64,000 bases of DNA from Candidatus Enterousia sp. (GCA_045587125.1 JAZNBN010000020.1:1796-65795); one strand, 5' to 3'; positions 48,573-59,044 are shown, numbered from the stretch's first letter. Notes: generated by a model not told the origin, from the letters alone. Made by a program: numbers and translations.

Positions 48573-48603
48573 TAGCAAAACAAAAAAGTTTATTGATAAT
48601 TTA

Positions 48604-49023
48604 TTAGTCTTGACCGTTTAATGCCTTTAACATTTTCATAACCGCTTCGCGTTGGCTGTCAGTGGCCAATTTCCAATACAGGTTCACCAATTGTAATGAT
48701 TCGTTCTTGGATAACGGATCGTCTGGTTTTTGGTCACCAACGTTAACCTTGGGTAGACGGCCATTACGCGGTTCGCGTTCAATATGCCCGGGCAATCCAG
48801 AAAAGAAAAATGATACAGGGGTTTGTAAGGCCGCACTTAATTCAAATAAACGTGATGCAGATATGCGGTTGCCTGCACATTCGTATTTTTGAATCTGTTG
48901 AAATGTTACACCGCATATTTGTGCCAAATCTTTCTGAGACATGCCCAACATTACACGGCGCAGTTGCATGCGACGACCAATGTGTTCATCAATGTGTGAT
49001 GGTGTGTATGGTTTTCCACTCAT
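48604..49023 (-). CDS. XRE-family helix-turn-helix transcriptional regulator
   Basis: HTH_3-like segment (LGMSQKDLAQICGVTFQQIQKYECAGNRISASRLFELSAAL). Confidence 0.7.
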   Translation of the reverse strand: MSGKPYTPSHIDEHIGRRMQLRRVMLGMSQKDLAQICGVTFQQIQKYECAGNRISASRLFELSAALQTPVSFFFSGLPGHIEREPRNGRLPKVNVGDQKPDDPLSKNESLQLVNLYWKLATDSQREAVMKMLKALNGQD

Positions 49024-49157
49024 TTTGTCAGCCCCCCTTGGGTTTAAAATAAGATATTGTTCATATTTTTATGTATAATTTATACAATTTTTCTTTTGTT
49101 TTTGCAATCAAAAAACACTTGTGATACTATGTGTCCGTAAAGTAAAGGATTGTTGTT

Positions 49158-50630
49158 ATGATTAAACCAATTGTGTTGTGTATTATGGACGGAGTCGGTA
49201 TCCGCAAAAATCAACAAAATAATGCTGTGGCAATGGCAAATATGCCCTTTTTTGATGAATTATTGAAAACGTGCCCGCATTCGGAACTGGACGCCAGCGG
49301 TGTGGCGGTTGGGTTACCAGATGGTACAATGGGAAATTCCGAGGTTGGACATATTACAATCGGTGCAGGACGCGTCGTAAATCAATTTTTGCGTAGATTT
49401 CAAATCGAAGATTGGACACAAAATAAAAAATTAAATGATTTTATCGCAGGTGTGAAAAAATCAGGCGGAATTGTACATGTTGCAGGTCTGATGTCTGATG
49501 GACGTGTGCATTCTGATGTTAATGACATATTGGTTATAGCAAAATATGTGATGAATGCAGGATTGCGTGTTTGTATTCACTTTATCGCAGATGGCCGTGA
49601 TACACCACCAAAATCAGCCGGACAATATATTGAATTAATTCAAGAAAAATTGTCTGAATATTTCGCAGATGGACGTGCGTTTTGGGGAACTTTGTCGGGG
49701 CGGTACTATGCAATGGACCGTAACCAAAATATGGACCGTACACAATTGGCAATTGATGCAATCGCAAATGCAAAATCACAATATCATGCCGCGTCTGTCA
49801 CAGATGCACTGAATATGGCATACGAACGTGGCGAAACCGATGAATTTATTATGCCAACTGTTATTGACGGCGATGTGCCAATCACAGATAAAGATGGATT
49901 CTTGTTCGGAAATTACCGCAGTGACCGTGCCAGACAAATTATGCGTGAAATACTGAAAACACACGCACGTGTGCTGTGTTTTTCACAATATGGCGAGGGT
50001 TTGAATGAATTGTGCCCTGCACTGTTGGATGACGAAGTTATTGAAAATACGTTGGGTGATGTTTTGGCAGAAAAAGGCATATCACAGTTGCGTATCGCAG
50101 AAACAGAAAAATATAATCATGTAACGTATTTCTTTGATGCAGAAAGAAATATAGACTTTAAGGCGGAAAAAAAGATTTTGGTGCCGTCACCAGATGTGCC
50201 GACATTTGATATGAAACCAGAAATGTCCGCAATAGAAGTAACAGATGAATTGTTAAAGGTTTTGCCTGAATATGACGTTGTAATACTGAATTGGGCAAAT
50301 GGTGATATGGTCGGACATACCGGAAATATGAATGCAGCGGTCCAGGCTATGCAGGTATTAGACGAACAATTAAAACGGGTTGTTACGGCTGTGCGTGCAT
50401 TGGGTGGCGTGGTTTTAATCACCGCAGATCATGGAAATGCAGAACAAATGTGGGACGAAAAAAATAATGCACCATGGACTGCACATACGACAAATCCTGT
50501 GAATTTGATTGTTGTGGGCGGTGATGTTACGCATGTGGCAAATGGTGGGCTGTCTGATATTGCACCGACAATGTTGAAATTGTTGGGAATTACGCAGCCA
50601 AAAGAAATGACAGGACACAGTTTGATATAA
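49158..50630 (+). CDS. gpmI: 2,3-bisphosphoglycerate-independent phosphoglycerate mutase
   Basis: 490 aa. iPGM motifs (LCIMDGVG, GNSEVGH, HFIADGRDTPP, GDMVGHTG, ITADHGN). Confidence 0.9.
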   Translation: MIKPIVLCIMDGVGIRKNQQNNAVAMANMPFFDELLKTCPHSELDASGVAVGLPDGTMGNSEVGHITIGAGRVVNQFLRRFQIEDWTQNKKLNDFIAGVKKSGGIVHVAGLMSDGRVHSDVNDILVIAKYVMNAGLRVCIHFIADGRDTPPKSAGQYIELIQEKLSEYFADGRAFWGTLSGRYYAMDRNQNMDRTQLAIDAIANAKSQYHAASVTDALNMAYERGETDEFIMPTVIDGDVPITDKDGFLFGNYRSDRARQIMREILKTHARVLCFSQYGEGLNELCPALLDDEVIENTLGDVLAEKGISQLRIAETEKYNHVTYFFDAERNIDFKAEKKILVPSPDVPTFDMKPEMSAIEVTDELLKVLPEYDVVILNWANGDMVGHTGNMNAAVQAMQVLDEQLKRVVTAVRALGGVVLITADHGNAEQMWDEKNNAPWTAHTTNPVNLIVVGGDVTHVANGGLSDIAPTMLKLLGITQPKEMTGHSLI

Positions 50631-50660
50631 AAAAATCGGCGTTTTGCCGATTTTTATTTC
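50629..50660. terminator. bidirectional rho-independent terminator (gpmI / tadA)
   Basis: Hairpin ATCGGCgttttGCCGAT flanked by A-run and T-run. Confidence 0.6.
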
Positions 50661-51100
50661 TTTCTGCGGATTTTGAAAAAATCACGTAATAATTGTGCGG
50701 ATTCGTCCGCAAATTCTGGTAATTGATGGACGGTTGGTTTCCATAAATGTGAATCATTATCATAAATTTTCGCATTTGATGTAATGCCCCCGCCCTTTTC
50801 ATCCGAGGCCGCAAAATATATGTTTTTTATGCGGGCAAAAGATATGGCTGTTGCACACATTGCACATGGTTCCAGTGTTACGTATATATCACAGTTGTCC
50901 AAGAATTTTTGCCCCAGTTTTTTACATGCACGGTTTATTGCCACGATTTCTGCGTGTAATGTTGGGTTTTTCTTTAATTGAACCTGATTTTCACCACGGG
51001 CAATGATTTTTCCATCATGAACAATAACTGCACCGATTGGTACATCGTCATGTGCAAATGCACGGCGGGCAGAAACAAAGGCTTGCGTCATAAATTTCAT
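50654..51100 (-). CDS. tadA: tRNA-specific adenosine-34 deaminase
   Basis: CDA zinc motifs (HAE...PCAMC). Confidence 0.85.
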   Translation of the reverse strand: MKFMTQAFVSARRAFAHDDVPIGAVIVHDGKIIARGENQVQLKKNPTLHAEIVAINRACKKLGQKFLDNCDIYVTLEPCAMCATAISFARIKNIYFAASDEKGGGITSNAKIYDNDSHLWKPTVHQLPEFADESAQLLRDFFKIRRKK

Positions 51101-51117
51101 GGTGTATAGTGTAATAC

Positions 51118-51684
51118 ATGGATTCTAAATTGCAAATTATTTCTGGAATGTATCGTGGGCGAAAATTAGATTTGCCACGTGGGGCACGACCTACGCAAAA
51201 TCGGGCCAGAATTGCGTTGTTCAATATGCTGGAATCTGGAATTATTCAACCAAATGAAAAAATAAAAGTTTGGGATACGTTTGCAGGCAGTGGTGCGTTC
51301 GGAATTGAATGCCTGTCAAGATATCCAAATGCTGTCGCAACGTTTACAGATATTGCAAATGATTCTATTAAAACTGTGCGTAATAATTTGGCGAAAATTG
51401 ATACAGGACCACGTGCCAGTGTTGTTCAACATGATGCGATAAACGCTGTGCAAAAATTCGGTGCAGATGTTGATTTAGTGTTTTTAGATCCACCATATGC
51501 GACACCTGAACTGGGGGCCAGTTTTGTGCAAAAGTTTGGACGAATTGCAAAAACTGGCGCAATATTGATATGGGAACAAGATTCTGCTCAGGCGATGGAC
51601 GCCAATCCAAATGTTTGGGAAATTCTGCGTGATAAGCAATATGGACGGGCCCGTTTTTTAATTTTACGCAAAATTGGTGAATAA
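51118..51684 (+). CDS. rsmD: 16S rRNA (guanine966-N2)-methyltransferase RsmD
   Basis: Motifs GMYRGRKL, RPTQNRARIALFN, DTFAGSGAFGIE, FLDPPY. Confidence 0.8.
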   Translation: MDSKLQIISGMYRGRKLDLPRGARPTQNRARIALFNMLESGIIQPNEKIKVWDTFAGSGAFGIECLSRYPNAVATFTDIANDSIKTVRNNLAKIDTGPRASVVQHDAINAVQKFGADVDLVFLDPPYATPELGASFVQKFGRIAKTGAILIWEQDSAQAMDANPNVWEILRDKQYGRARFLILRKIGE

Positions 51685-51782
51685 AACCCTTGATTTTTCA
51701 AAGCTTTTAAGTAATAATAGGCCGGCGCAGCACCCTTGGAGGCTGCCAAAAACTTAAAATAACGCTATAAAAGGATTATAAA

Positions 51783-52391
51783 ATGGCAATAAACTTAAAC
51801 GCAGAAATTCGCAATGTTGCTGGCAAGGGGGCCGCACGTAGCATCCGCAATAACAAAAATGTCCCTGCTGTTATCTATGGGGAAAAGAAAGCCCCTGTTG
51901 CAATTGAATTAAATGGTCGTGAATTCGATATGCTGTTGCAAACACCAGGTTTGCGGACTAAATTGTTCCAAATTAAAACAGCCGAAGGTACAGAAGACGC
52001 AATGTTGATGGACGTACAATATCACCCAGTAAGTGATGCTGTTATCCACGCAGACTTTAAACGTATTGATGTTAAAAAGCCTGTTAACGTTGTTGTGCCG
52101 GTTGAAGTTATCAATGCAGATATATCACGTGGTTTGAAATTGGGTGGTACATTGAACTTTGCGGTACGTAAAGTTGCATTGCGTGGCTTGGTTGATGTTA
52201 TCCCAGAAAAAATTGTTATTGATTTGGCATCTTTGACAATTGGTGACGTGGTTCACGGTACTGATTTGGTATTGCCAGCAGGTGTTGAATTGGGCTTGCA
52301 TCAGGCTGAATTGGCATTCGCAATCATCGGTGGTAAAATGCCTGCCGAAGATGGTGCAGAAGCTGCAAAAGCGGCTGCCGCGAAAAAATAA
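51783..52391 (+). CDS. rplY: 50S ribosomal protein L25 (general stress protein Ctc form)
   Basis: N-terminus MAINLNAEIRNVAGKGAARSIRNNKNVPAVIYG; 202 aa with a C-terminal extension typical of the Ctc form. Confidence 0.85.
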   Translation: MAINLNAEIRNVAGKGAARSIRNNKNVPAVIYGEKKAPVAIELNGREFDMLLQTPGLRTKLFQIKTAEGTEDAMLMDVQYHPVSDAVIHADFKRIDVKKPVNVVVPVEVINADISRGLKLGGTLNFAVRKVALRGLVDVIPEKIVIDLASLTIGDVVHGTDLVLPAGVELGLHQAELAFAIIGGKMPAEDGAEAAKAAAAKK

Positions 52392-52397
52392 TTTTTT

Positions 52398-52451
52398 TCT
52401 GTTTAGAAAAAAACAGGAGAAAAATTACACCCCATTTGGGGTGTTTTTTTG
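52398..52451 (+). terminator. rho-independent terminator(s) after rplY
   Basis: Hairpins TCTGTTTagaaaaaaACAGGA and ACACCCCatttGGGGTGT followed by T-run. Confidence 0.6.
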
Positions 52452-52512
52452 TTGTGTAAAGGTGATGTAATTTGGTAAAATAATCCTATGTGATTAAAAC
52501 AATGGGGTTGTT

Positions 52513-53445
52513 ATGGCTGTTGGTAAATTTAGAAAGAAATTTGCACATTTAATAACGTCTTTGATTCCTTTTAGACGTCCCAGAACATTTGTTTATCATT
52601 TGATATGTAATCCAGATTTGTCCGGACGTTGGCACAGGTTTGTTCAGGGACGTAAAATGTGGGCCGATGAAAAACAGCGTAGAAAAAGCGGTGTTAAATA
52701 TCCGTATAAATTGTCTGTTGTTGCAATTATGAAAAACGAAGGTCCGTATTTGCGGGAATGGATTGAGTATCATAAATTAGTTGGTGTGGAAAAATTTTAT
52801 CTGTATAACAATGACAGTACCGATGATACAGTTAAAATACTGGCACCGTATGTTAAAAGTGGTTTGGTTGAATTAATTGATTTCCCAGGCGAAAAGAAAC
52901 AAATTCCTGCGTATAACGATTGTGTGGCACGTCATAAAATGGATACAAAATGGTTGGCTTTGATTGATTTAGATGAATTTATCGTGCCTGATTCTGGTGG
53001 GGATAAAGTAACAGATATCTTGGATAAGTTGTCAAAACATATATCTCAGATTTGGATAAGGTGGGTCTTTTATGGTTCAAATGGCCATATAACAAAACCT
53101 GATGGATTGGTAACGGAAAGTTATACAAAACGTGCCAAGAAACAAACGTGGCATTATAAATCTATTGTAAATCCCAGGTTGGTATTTTCAACAGGCTGTC
53201 ATGAACAGGTTGTTGCAAAGCGTACAAAACAAATGCCAACCAAGGTTATTCGTATAAATCACTATTTTTGTAAGTCTTGGGAAGAGTTTTCTAAACGTGC
53301 GGGTCGTGGTGATGCGTTTAATGGGACTCAGTTTGGAATTAAAAGATATACCAGACAATTCTTTGATTCACGTGATAAAAATGATGTTGAAGACAGAATT
53401 ATGGATAAATACCTGGCTCAATTACGTAAAAATTTAAGAAAATAA
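52513..53445 (+). CDS. GT-A-fold glycosyltransferase (family 92-like; DxD = DLDEF)
   Basis: Motifs LSVVAIMKNEGPYLREWIEYH, YLYNNDSTDDT, WLALIDLDEFIVP. The true start may be the internal ATG near 52657. Confidence 0.55.
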   Translation: MAVGKFRKKFAHLITSLIPFRRPRTFVYHLICNPDLSGRWHRFVQGRKMWADEKQRRKSGVKYPYKLSVVAIMKNEGPYLREWIEYHKLVGVEKFYLYNNDSTDDTVKILAPYVKSGLVELIDFPGEKKQIPAYNDCVARHKMDTKWLALIDLDEFIVPDSGGDKVTDILDKLSKHISQIWIRWVFYGSNGHITKPDGLVTESYTKRAKKQTWHYKSIVNPRLVFSTGCHEQVVAKRTKQMPTKVIRINHYFCKSWEEFSKRAGRGDAFNGTQFGIKRYTRQFFDSRDKNDVEDRIMDKYLAQLRKNLRK

Positions 53446-53455
53446 GTTTATTGCC

Positions 53456-53486
53456 CCTTGAAAAGATTTTTTGCATAACTATATGG
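53456..53486 (+). promoter_or_regulatory. candidate RpoH (sigma32)-type heat-shock promoter upstream of dnaK
   Basis: cccCTTGAAAagattttttgcataACTATATgg resembles the sigma32 consensus CTTGAAA-N13-14-CCCCATnT. Confidence 0.35.
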
Positions 53487-53519
53487 TGGGTAAGCAAAAA
53501 AATTTAAGGAGTGAATATT

Positions 53520-55415
53520 ATGGGAAAAGTATTAGGTATTGATTTGGGTACAACTAATTCAGCCATGGCTTTTATGGATGGAAATGAACCAAAAATCATT
53601 GAAAATGCCGAAGGACAACGTACAACACCATCTGTGGTGGCGTTGACATCGGGTGGTGAACAATTGGTTGGTATTACAGCCAAGAATCAGGCCGTAACAA
53701 ATCCAGAAAATACAATTTATGAAATCAAACGTTTGATGGGATTGCGCTTTGATAGCCCTGCGGTCAAAGAAATCGCTGCACGTGTGCCATATAAAATTGT
53801 TTCGGGTGATAATGGTGACGCATGGGTGGAAATGGACGGCAAAAAATATGCCCCATCTCAGATTTCTGCTATGATTTTGGCAAAATTGAAAAAAGATGCA
53901 GAAAGTTATTTGGGTGAAACGGTAACTGATGCTGTTATTACGGTGCCTGCATACTTTAATGACTCACAACGTCAGGCAACCAAAGATGCCGGTCGTATTG
54001 CAGGTCTGAATGTTTTGCGTATTGTTAATGAACCAACCGCCGCAGCGTTGGCATATGGTTTAGACAAAGGTAAAGATGGCGTTATCGCTGTGTATGACTT
54101 GGGTGGTGGTACATTTGACGTTTCTATTTTGGAAATCGTAGATGGTGTATTTGAAGTTAAATCAACAAATGGTGATACGGCATTGGGCGGTTCTGACTTT
54201 GACGCACGTATTTTGGAACATTTGATTGCAGAATTTAAATCACAGACAGGTATTGATTTGTCTGGTGATAAATTGGCTTTGCAACGTTTGAAAGAAGCAG
54301 CTGAAAAAGCAAAAATTGAATTGTCGTCTAAGACATCAACAGATATCAATTTGCCTTTCTTGACGGCAGATGCATCTGGTCCAAAGCATTTCAATACAAC
54401 ACTGACACGTGCAAAATTGGAATCTTTGGTTGCGGATTTGATTGAACGAACAATTGAACCTTGCAAAAAGGCTTTGAAAGACGCAGGTTTGGAAAAATCT
54501 CAGATTAACGAAGTTATCTTGGTTGGTGGTCAAACACGTATGCCAAAGGTTGCAGAAACAGTAAAAGAATTCTTTGGTCGTGAACCACACAAAGGTGTTA
54601 ACCCAGACGAAGTTGTTGGTATGGGGGCTGCAATTCAAGGCGGTGTATTAAAAGGCGATGTAAAAGACGTTCTGTTGTTGGACGTTACGCCATTGTCTTT
54701 GGGTATTGAAACATTGGGTGGTGTATTTACACGTTTGATTGACAGAAATACAACAATCCCAACCAAAAAATCTCAGGTTTTCAGTACAGCAGAAGATAAT
54801 CAATCTGCGGTAACTATTCGCGTATTCCAAGGTGAACGTGATATGGCGGCTGATAACAAATTGTTGGGTCAATTTAATCTGGAAGGTATTGCAGCTGCTC
54901 CACGTGGTATGCCACAAATTGAAGTTTCTTTTGATATTGACGCAAACGGTATCGTTCACGTATCTGCAAAAGATAAAGGCACCGGTAAAGAACAGGCAAT
55001 TTCAATTAAATCTGATGGTGGATTGTCCGAAGATGAAATCAAACGCATGGTTGATGAAGCCGCTGCAAATGCCGAAGCCGATAAAAAGAAACGTGAATTG
55101 GTCGAAGCGAAAAATACGGCTGAAACAGCAATCTTTACAATTGAAAAGTCTTTGAAAGAACATGGCGATAAAATCAGTGAAGATGAAAAGAAAGCAATTG
55201 AAGAAGCAAAACAGGCATTAAGTGATGAACTGGCCAAAGCAGATGCAACTGTTGAATCTTTGAAAGAAAAAACTGATGCGTTATCAGAAAAAGCAATGAA
55301 ATTGGGCGAAGCCGTTTATAAAGCAGCCCAAGCAGAACAAGCCACATCAGATGGTGAACAGCCAAAGAAAAATGATGATGGCACAGTTGATGCAGACTTT
55401 TCTGAAAAGAAATAA
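53520..55415 (+). CDS. dnaK: molecular chaperone DnaK (Hsp70)
   Basis: N-terminus [22 protein letters not shown], full substrate-binding domain and acidic C-terminal tail. The longer ORF starts 9 nt upstream (track 53511). Confidence 0.95.
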   Translation: MGKVLGIDLGTTNSAMAFMDGNEPKIIENAEGQRTTPSVVALTSGGEQLVGITAKNQAVTNPENTIYEIKRLMGLRFDSPAVKEIAARVPYKIVSGDNGDAWVEMDGKKYAPSQISAMILAKLKKDAESYLGETVTDAVITVPAYFNDSQRQATKDAGRIAGLNVLRIVNEPTAAALAYGLDKGKDGVIAVYDLGGGTFDVSILEIVDGVFEVKSTNGDTALGGSDFDARILEHLIAEFKSQTGIDLSGDKLALQRLKEAAEKAKIELSSKTSTDINLPFLTADASGPKHFNTTLTRAKLESLVADLIERTIEPCKKALKDAGLEKSQINEVILVGGQTRMPKVAETVKEFFGREPHKGVNPDEVVGMGAAIQGGVLKGDVKDVLLLDVTPLSLGIETLGGVFTRLIDRNTTIPTKKSQVFSTAEDNQSAVTIRVFQGERDMAADNKLLGQFNLEGIAAAPRGMPQIEVSFDIDANGIVHVSAKDKGTGKEQAISIKSDGGLSEDEIKRMVDEAAANAEADKKKRELVEAKNTAETAIFTIEKSLKEHGDKISEDEKKAIEEAKQALSDELAKADATVESLKEKTDALSEKAMKLGEAVYKAAQAEQATSDGEQPKKNDDGTVDADFSEKK

Positions 55416-55446
55416 AAAAATCCCCCCGTTTGGGGGATTTTTTTTA
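55414..55446 (+). terminator. rho-independent terminator after dnaK
   Basis: Hairpin ATCCCCCCgtttGGGGGAT followed by T-run. Confidence 0.65.
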
Positions 55447-55526
55447 TGATTAAACCCCAAAGAATATTATTGACAATTGTTTGTTTGGTATAGTATTATT
55501 ATAATGACTAATATAGGGGTTATACA

Positions 55527-55940
55527 ATGAATATCAAAAAAACAGTTAAAGATATCTTGGCACGTGAATATAACTTAAAGTCTGTTGAAGAATATATGGT
55601 ATTTTCGACTGACTTAAAGTTTCGTAATTTGGATATGGTTGTATTTATGATGTTGTTGGAACAGGAGTTGGGGTATGGTTTGCCTCGTGAAATATCCACT
55701 GGGTTCAGTTTGGGATCCAAAATGACAGTTGGTGATTTGATTAAAAAGGTAGAGTCCTATCCTGTTGCTGGATTATATAGGGTGGTTGATGGTAATGCTA
55801 TATGTTGTCTGAGTGATAAAAAATGTTCAAAAATATCAAAAAAAGAAGTTGCTCAGAATAAGGATTTTGATAATTTATGCGCACAACGTAAATGTGTGTT
55901 GGAATGTAATTTTCAAAGATTAAAACAAATAATAAAATAA
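55527..55940 (+). CDS. acyl-carrier-protein-like domain (attachment Ser replaced by Asn) fused to Cys-rich C-terminal extension
   Basis: Residues about 10-80 align with the ACP helix II region: STDLKFRNLDMVVFMMLLEQELGYGLPRE versus [30 protein letters not shown]. Consensus promoter TTGACA-N18-TATTAT upstream. Confidence 0.5.
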   Translation: MNIKKTVKDILAREYNLKSVEEYMVFSTDLKFRNLDMVVFMMLLEQELGYGLPREISTGFSLGSKMTVGDLIKKVESYPVAGLYRVVDGNAICCLSDKKCSKISKKEVAQNKDFDNLCAQRKCVLECNFQRLKQIIK

Positions 55941-55949
55941 GGATAAAAA

Positions 55950-56660
55950 ATGACTATTGCAGATAAAGTTAAATCTTTTTTGAAAAATGATTTGGCTTGC
56001 CAAAATGTAACAGATGCTATGTTGTTAAAGGCAAATCTGAAACTGGACGAATTAGATGTTTATGAATTGATACATGCGATTGAATGTCAATTTAAAATTT
56101 CTTTGCCAGATTCAATTGGAAAAGATTATGCCAAAGGTGTTGATTGCACAGTTGCTGAGTTAATACGGAAAATAGAAAATGGTGCGAATAAAAATATGAC
56201 GCAGACTGTGGTCGGTCAACCATCAAAAATAAAATCTGTTGTTTTAAATAAAACAGAAATAACAGACAGACATTATATTGTAGAATTTTATAACCCTTGG
56301 TGGGGACGTTTTGCGATTGATTTTAAATATGATAATGCGTCACATGCAGAACATAATATGTTGAATATAATGCGTGTTGGGGATTATTTTATGGTCAAAG
56401 GTAAACCCAGTAATGCAGAGGTAAATGACGTTTGTGAATTTAGTGTCGTTAGATATATGCGTCAGGAAACAGAAGCAGCACGCAAATCAGGACGTGAATT
56501 GAATATTCCAAATATGTCTGTTCGTGAAATGGATAATTTGGCAGATAATATATTGGATATGTTGAATCAATATAAAAAGCAAGAATTTGCCGATATTCAA
56601 AATGAAAAACAGAATTTTTTAAGTAAAATAAAACAAAAAATTTTAGGTTTAGGCAAATAA
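55950..56660 (+). CDS. second ACP-like domain protein (attachment Ser replaced by Glu) with ~155-aa C-terminal domain of unknown function
   Basis: ANLKLDELDVYELIHAIECQFKISLPD aligns with the ACP DSLD-helix II region. Starts 10 nt after the previous gene. Confidence 0.5.
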   Translation: MTIADKVKSFLKNDLACQNVTDAMLLKANLKLDELDVYELIHAIECQFKISLPDSIGKDYAKGVDCTVAELIRKIENGANKNMTQTVVGQPSKIKSVVLNKTEITDRHYIVEFYNPWWGRFAIDFKYDNASHAEHNMLNIMRVGDYFMVKGKPSNAEVNDVCEFSVVRYMRQETEAARKSGRELNIPNMSVREMDNLADNILDMLNQYKKQEFADIQNEKQNFLSKIKQKILGLGK

Positions 56661-56690
56661 AAAATCCCCATATTGGGGATTTTTTATTTC
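56659..56690. terminator. bidirectional rho-independent terminator
   Basis: Hairpin ATCCCCAtattGGGGAT flanked by A-run and T-run. Confidence 0.6.
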
Positions 56691-57763
56691 TGTTCGCCGA
56701 TGTAAATTCCCATGTCATACGCAACGTCCAGCAAAGGATTGTCTGGTGATACGTATGCGTTTGATGTCATTAAATTCGGAATTTTTGGATCACGGACGAC
56801 TTCGCCAGATTCAATCATTTCAGATAATGCAACTGTTTTGCATTCATCGCCAATCAATGCAGTCATAACGTTTGTTTCGTTGTTTTCAATTGCATGTAAT
56901 GCACAGTCTGCGAAACGTGTCGCCAATATACGATCTGCGGCGGTTGTGTCCCCTGCCCGTTGGGTGTGTTCTGGAAATGCGGTTCTGTTTACAATTCCGG
57001 CGGCGGTTAATTTACGCGATATCATGTCGGCAGGTTTGCCGGAATGTCCACGTAATGTTATGCCTTCGGATACCATGATAATTCCATAATCTGGCTTAGA
57101 TTTTTTTATATGTTTTACCAATGCGTCTATATCAAATTTAATTTCGGGTATCAATATCGCAGATGCACCAGTCGCAACCCCGGCGTACAATGCCAGATTT
57201 CCACAATCGCGTCCCATGGCTTGGACTACAAACCATCTGTGATGACTGCGTGCGGTCAGTATTAATTGGTCGCAATATGATGTCAATTGTTGAACAGCGG
57301 TATCAAATCCAATTGTACGGTCAGTCAGTGGAATGTCCATATCAATTGTTTTTGGAATACATATTAATTGCAAGTCTTTATATATTTGTTTGTTGTCCCA
57401 TGCCAAAGAAATACTGCCGTTGCCACCGATTAAAATTAACGCATCCAGTTTCAATTCAGACAAAGATTGGTGTAATTTTTTGTTAAATGCGGCAATGCGT
57501 CCACGTTCCAATGCGGTTTCAAAGTTTAATGCGTTTGCGTATCCGTTGTGCAGAAAACTGCCCGCCAGACGTGCGTTTTCAATAGGTATCATTAAATCAT
57601 TTAATAAAACCGCCGCAGGTGGCGTTGTACACAGTCCGTCTGTGCCGTCTAAGATACCCCAAACCTGCCATTTACGTAGTGTGGCACCACGGACAATACG
57701 TTGAATTGCGGTGTTTAATCCACTGCAATCACCCCCCGTTGTCATAATTCCAATCTTTTTCAT
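56684..57763 (-). CDS. pfkA: 6-phosphofructokinase (PfkA family)
   Basis: Motifs GIMTTGGDCSGLN (cf. GGDAPGMNA), LILIGGNGS (cf. GGDGS), PKTIDMD, AMGRDCG. Confidence 0.8.
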   Translation of the reverse strand: MKKIGIMTTGGDCSGLNTAIQRIVRGATLRKWQVWGILDGTDGLCTTPPAAVLLNDLMIPIENARLAGSFLHNGYANALNFETALERGRIAAFNKKLHQSLSELKLDALILIGGNGSISLAWDNKQIYKDLQLICIPKTIDMDIPLTDRTIGFDTAVQQLTSYCDQLILTARSHHRWFVVQAMGRDCGNLALYAGVATGASAILIPEIKFDIDALVKHIKKSKPDYGIIMVSEGITLRGHSGKPADMISRKLTAAGIVNRTAFPEHTQRAGDTTAADRILATRFADCALHAIENNETNVMTALIGDECKTVALSEMIESGEVVRDPKIPNLMTSNAYVSPDNPLLDVAYDMGIYIGEQK

Positions 57764-57865
57764 ATTCTCCCCTATTTTTCTGTTACATTATATCACAAAT
57801 AAATTGACAAAGAAATATTATTTGCAATAATTTGTCCAAGATATAAAAATAAATACCAAAAGGCA

Positions 57866-59026
57866 TTGGAAATGGCAAAAAATGATAAGCAAAATATGGG
57901 TAAAACTAAACGTTCCACAGATGATTTAATCAATGATGCAATTAATAAACAAAACGATTGGTTGGAAAATCGTCGTGAATATACTCGTGGATTTTTAAAG
58001 TCTTTGAATATGTTTGCGAAAAAGTCTGACAAGAAATCTGAAAAAGTATTGTCTGCAAAGACAGAAGAACAACCTGTTGCGGAAAAGAAATCACGCGGTG
58101 TATTGTCTTTTTGGTTCCCAATGTTGTGTGTGGTTGTTTGTGTGATAATTGCTGCTTGGACTGTGTTTGTACGCCCTATTCCACAGCCACGTATTGCAAT
58201 TGTTCCTGATGTACCGGCGCCAGTTGTAAAAAAAGTTGTACATAATATTAAAATGCCTGAATTTGATATTGTGCGTATTGATAAAACAGGTCATGTGATT
58301 ATCGCAGGTCGTTGGTCTCCGAATAAAAATATTTCTGTGGTTGTAAATGGTAAAATCATTGCAACAGAATTAACAAATGAATATGGCGAATTTGCATATT
58401 CTTCTGTACGTCCATGGGATGCAGGTAATTATACAATCGCACTGTTGGGCGCAGATCCAGAAATTAAATCAAACGATAAAGTATTCGTATATGTTTCTGG
58501 ACGTGGCGCACATAATTCTGTGTCTTTGTTGATGACCAAAGATGGCAGTACTGTATTACAGGCCCCATCTGTGTTGTATGATGGTGATTTAGTGGTCAGC
58601 AAAATAGACTATTTATCAGGTGGCCGTGTTGTTGTAACAGGTAATGCGTTGCCCAGATTGCGTGTGTCTTTGACATTAAATGGTAAATATATGGGTTTTG
58701 CACGTGTATCAGATCATAAACATTTTGGTTTGGGTGCAGATATTGGCGAATTAGAACCAGGTAAAGAATACGAATTAGCTATTCGTTTACATGACGGTGA
58801 TGGACGTACAATATCACATGTTGCACGTAAATTCGTTATGCCAGAAATGACAGGCGATGAAGATACTTATTACACAGTACGTCGTGGCGATTGTTTGTGG
58901 ATTATTGCACGTAACTTTATGCGCCGTGGTATTTTGTTCAGCATTATTGCAGAACGTAATAATATCAAAAATCCTGATTTGATTTTCCCAAAGCAAAGAT
59001 TACAAATCCCAGTCGGCGCAAAATAA
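57866..59026 (+). CDS. membrane-anchored periplasmic protein with C-terminal LysM domain
   Basis: Cytoplasmic Lys-rich N-terminus, TM (FWFPMLCVVVCVIIAAWTVFV), beta-rich repeats, C-terminal LysM (YYTVRRGDCLWIIARNF...NPDLIFPKQRLQIP). Confidence 0.65.
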   Translation: MEMAKNDKQNMGKTKRSTDDLINDAINKQNDWLENRREYTRGFLKSLNMFAKKSDKKSEKVLSAKTEEQPVAEKKSRGVLSFWFPMLCVVVCVIIAAWTVFVRPIPQPRIAIVPDVPAPVVKKVVHNIKMPEFDIVRIDKTGHVIIAGRWSPNKNISVVVNGKIIATELTNEYGEFAYSSVRPWDAGNYTIALLGADPEIKSNDKVFVYVSGRGAHNSVSLLMTKDGSTVLQAPSVLYDGDLVVSKIDYLSGGRVVVTGNALPRLRVSLTLNGKYMGFARVSDHKHFGLGADIGELEPGKEYELAIRLHDGDGRTISHVARKFVMPEMTGDEDTYYTVRRGDCLWIIARNFMRRGILFSIIAERNNIKNPDLIFPKQRLQIPVGAK

Positions 59027-59044
59027 ACGCAAGAGGAAATACTT

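Noticed and set aside
56684-57763. PFK with GGNGS in place of GGDGS as a sign of an inactive or PPi-dependent enzyme
   Set aside because: The substituted Asp is not the catalytic base, and the catalytic TIDxD and MGR motifs are intact. Subtype cannot be decided by eye.
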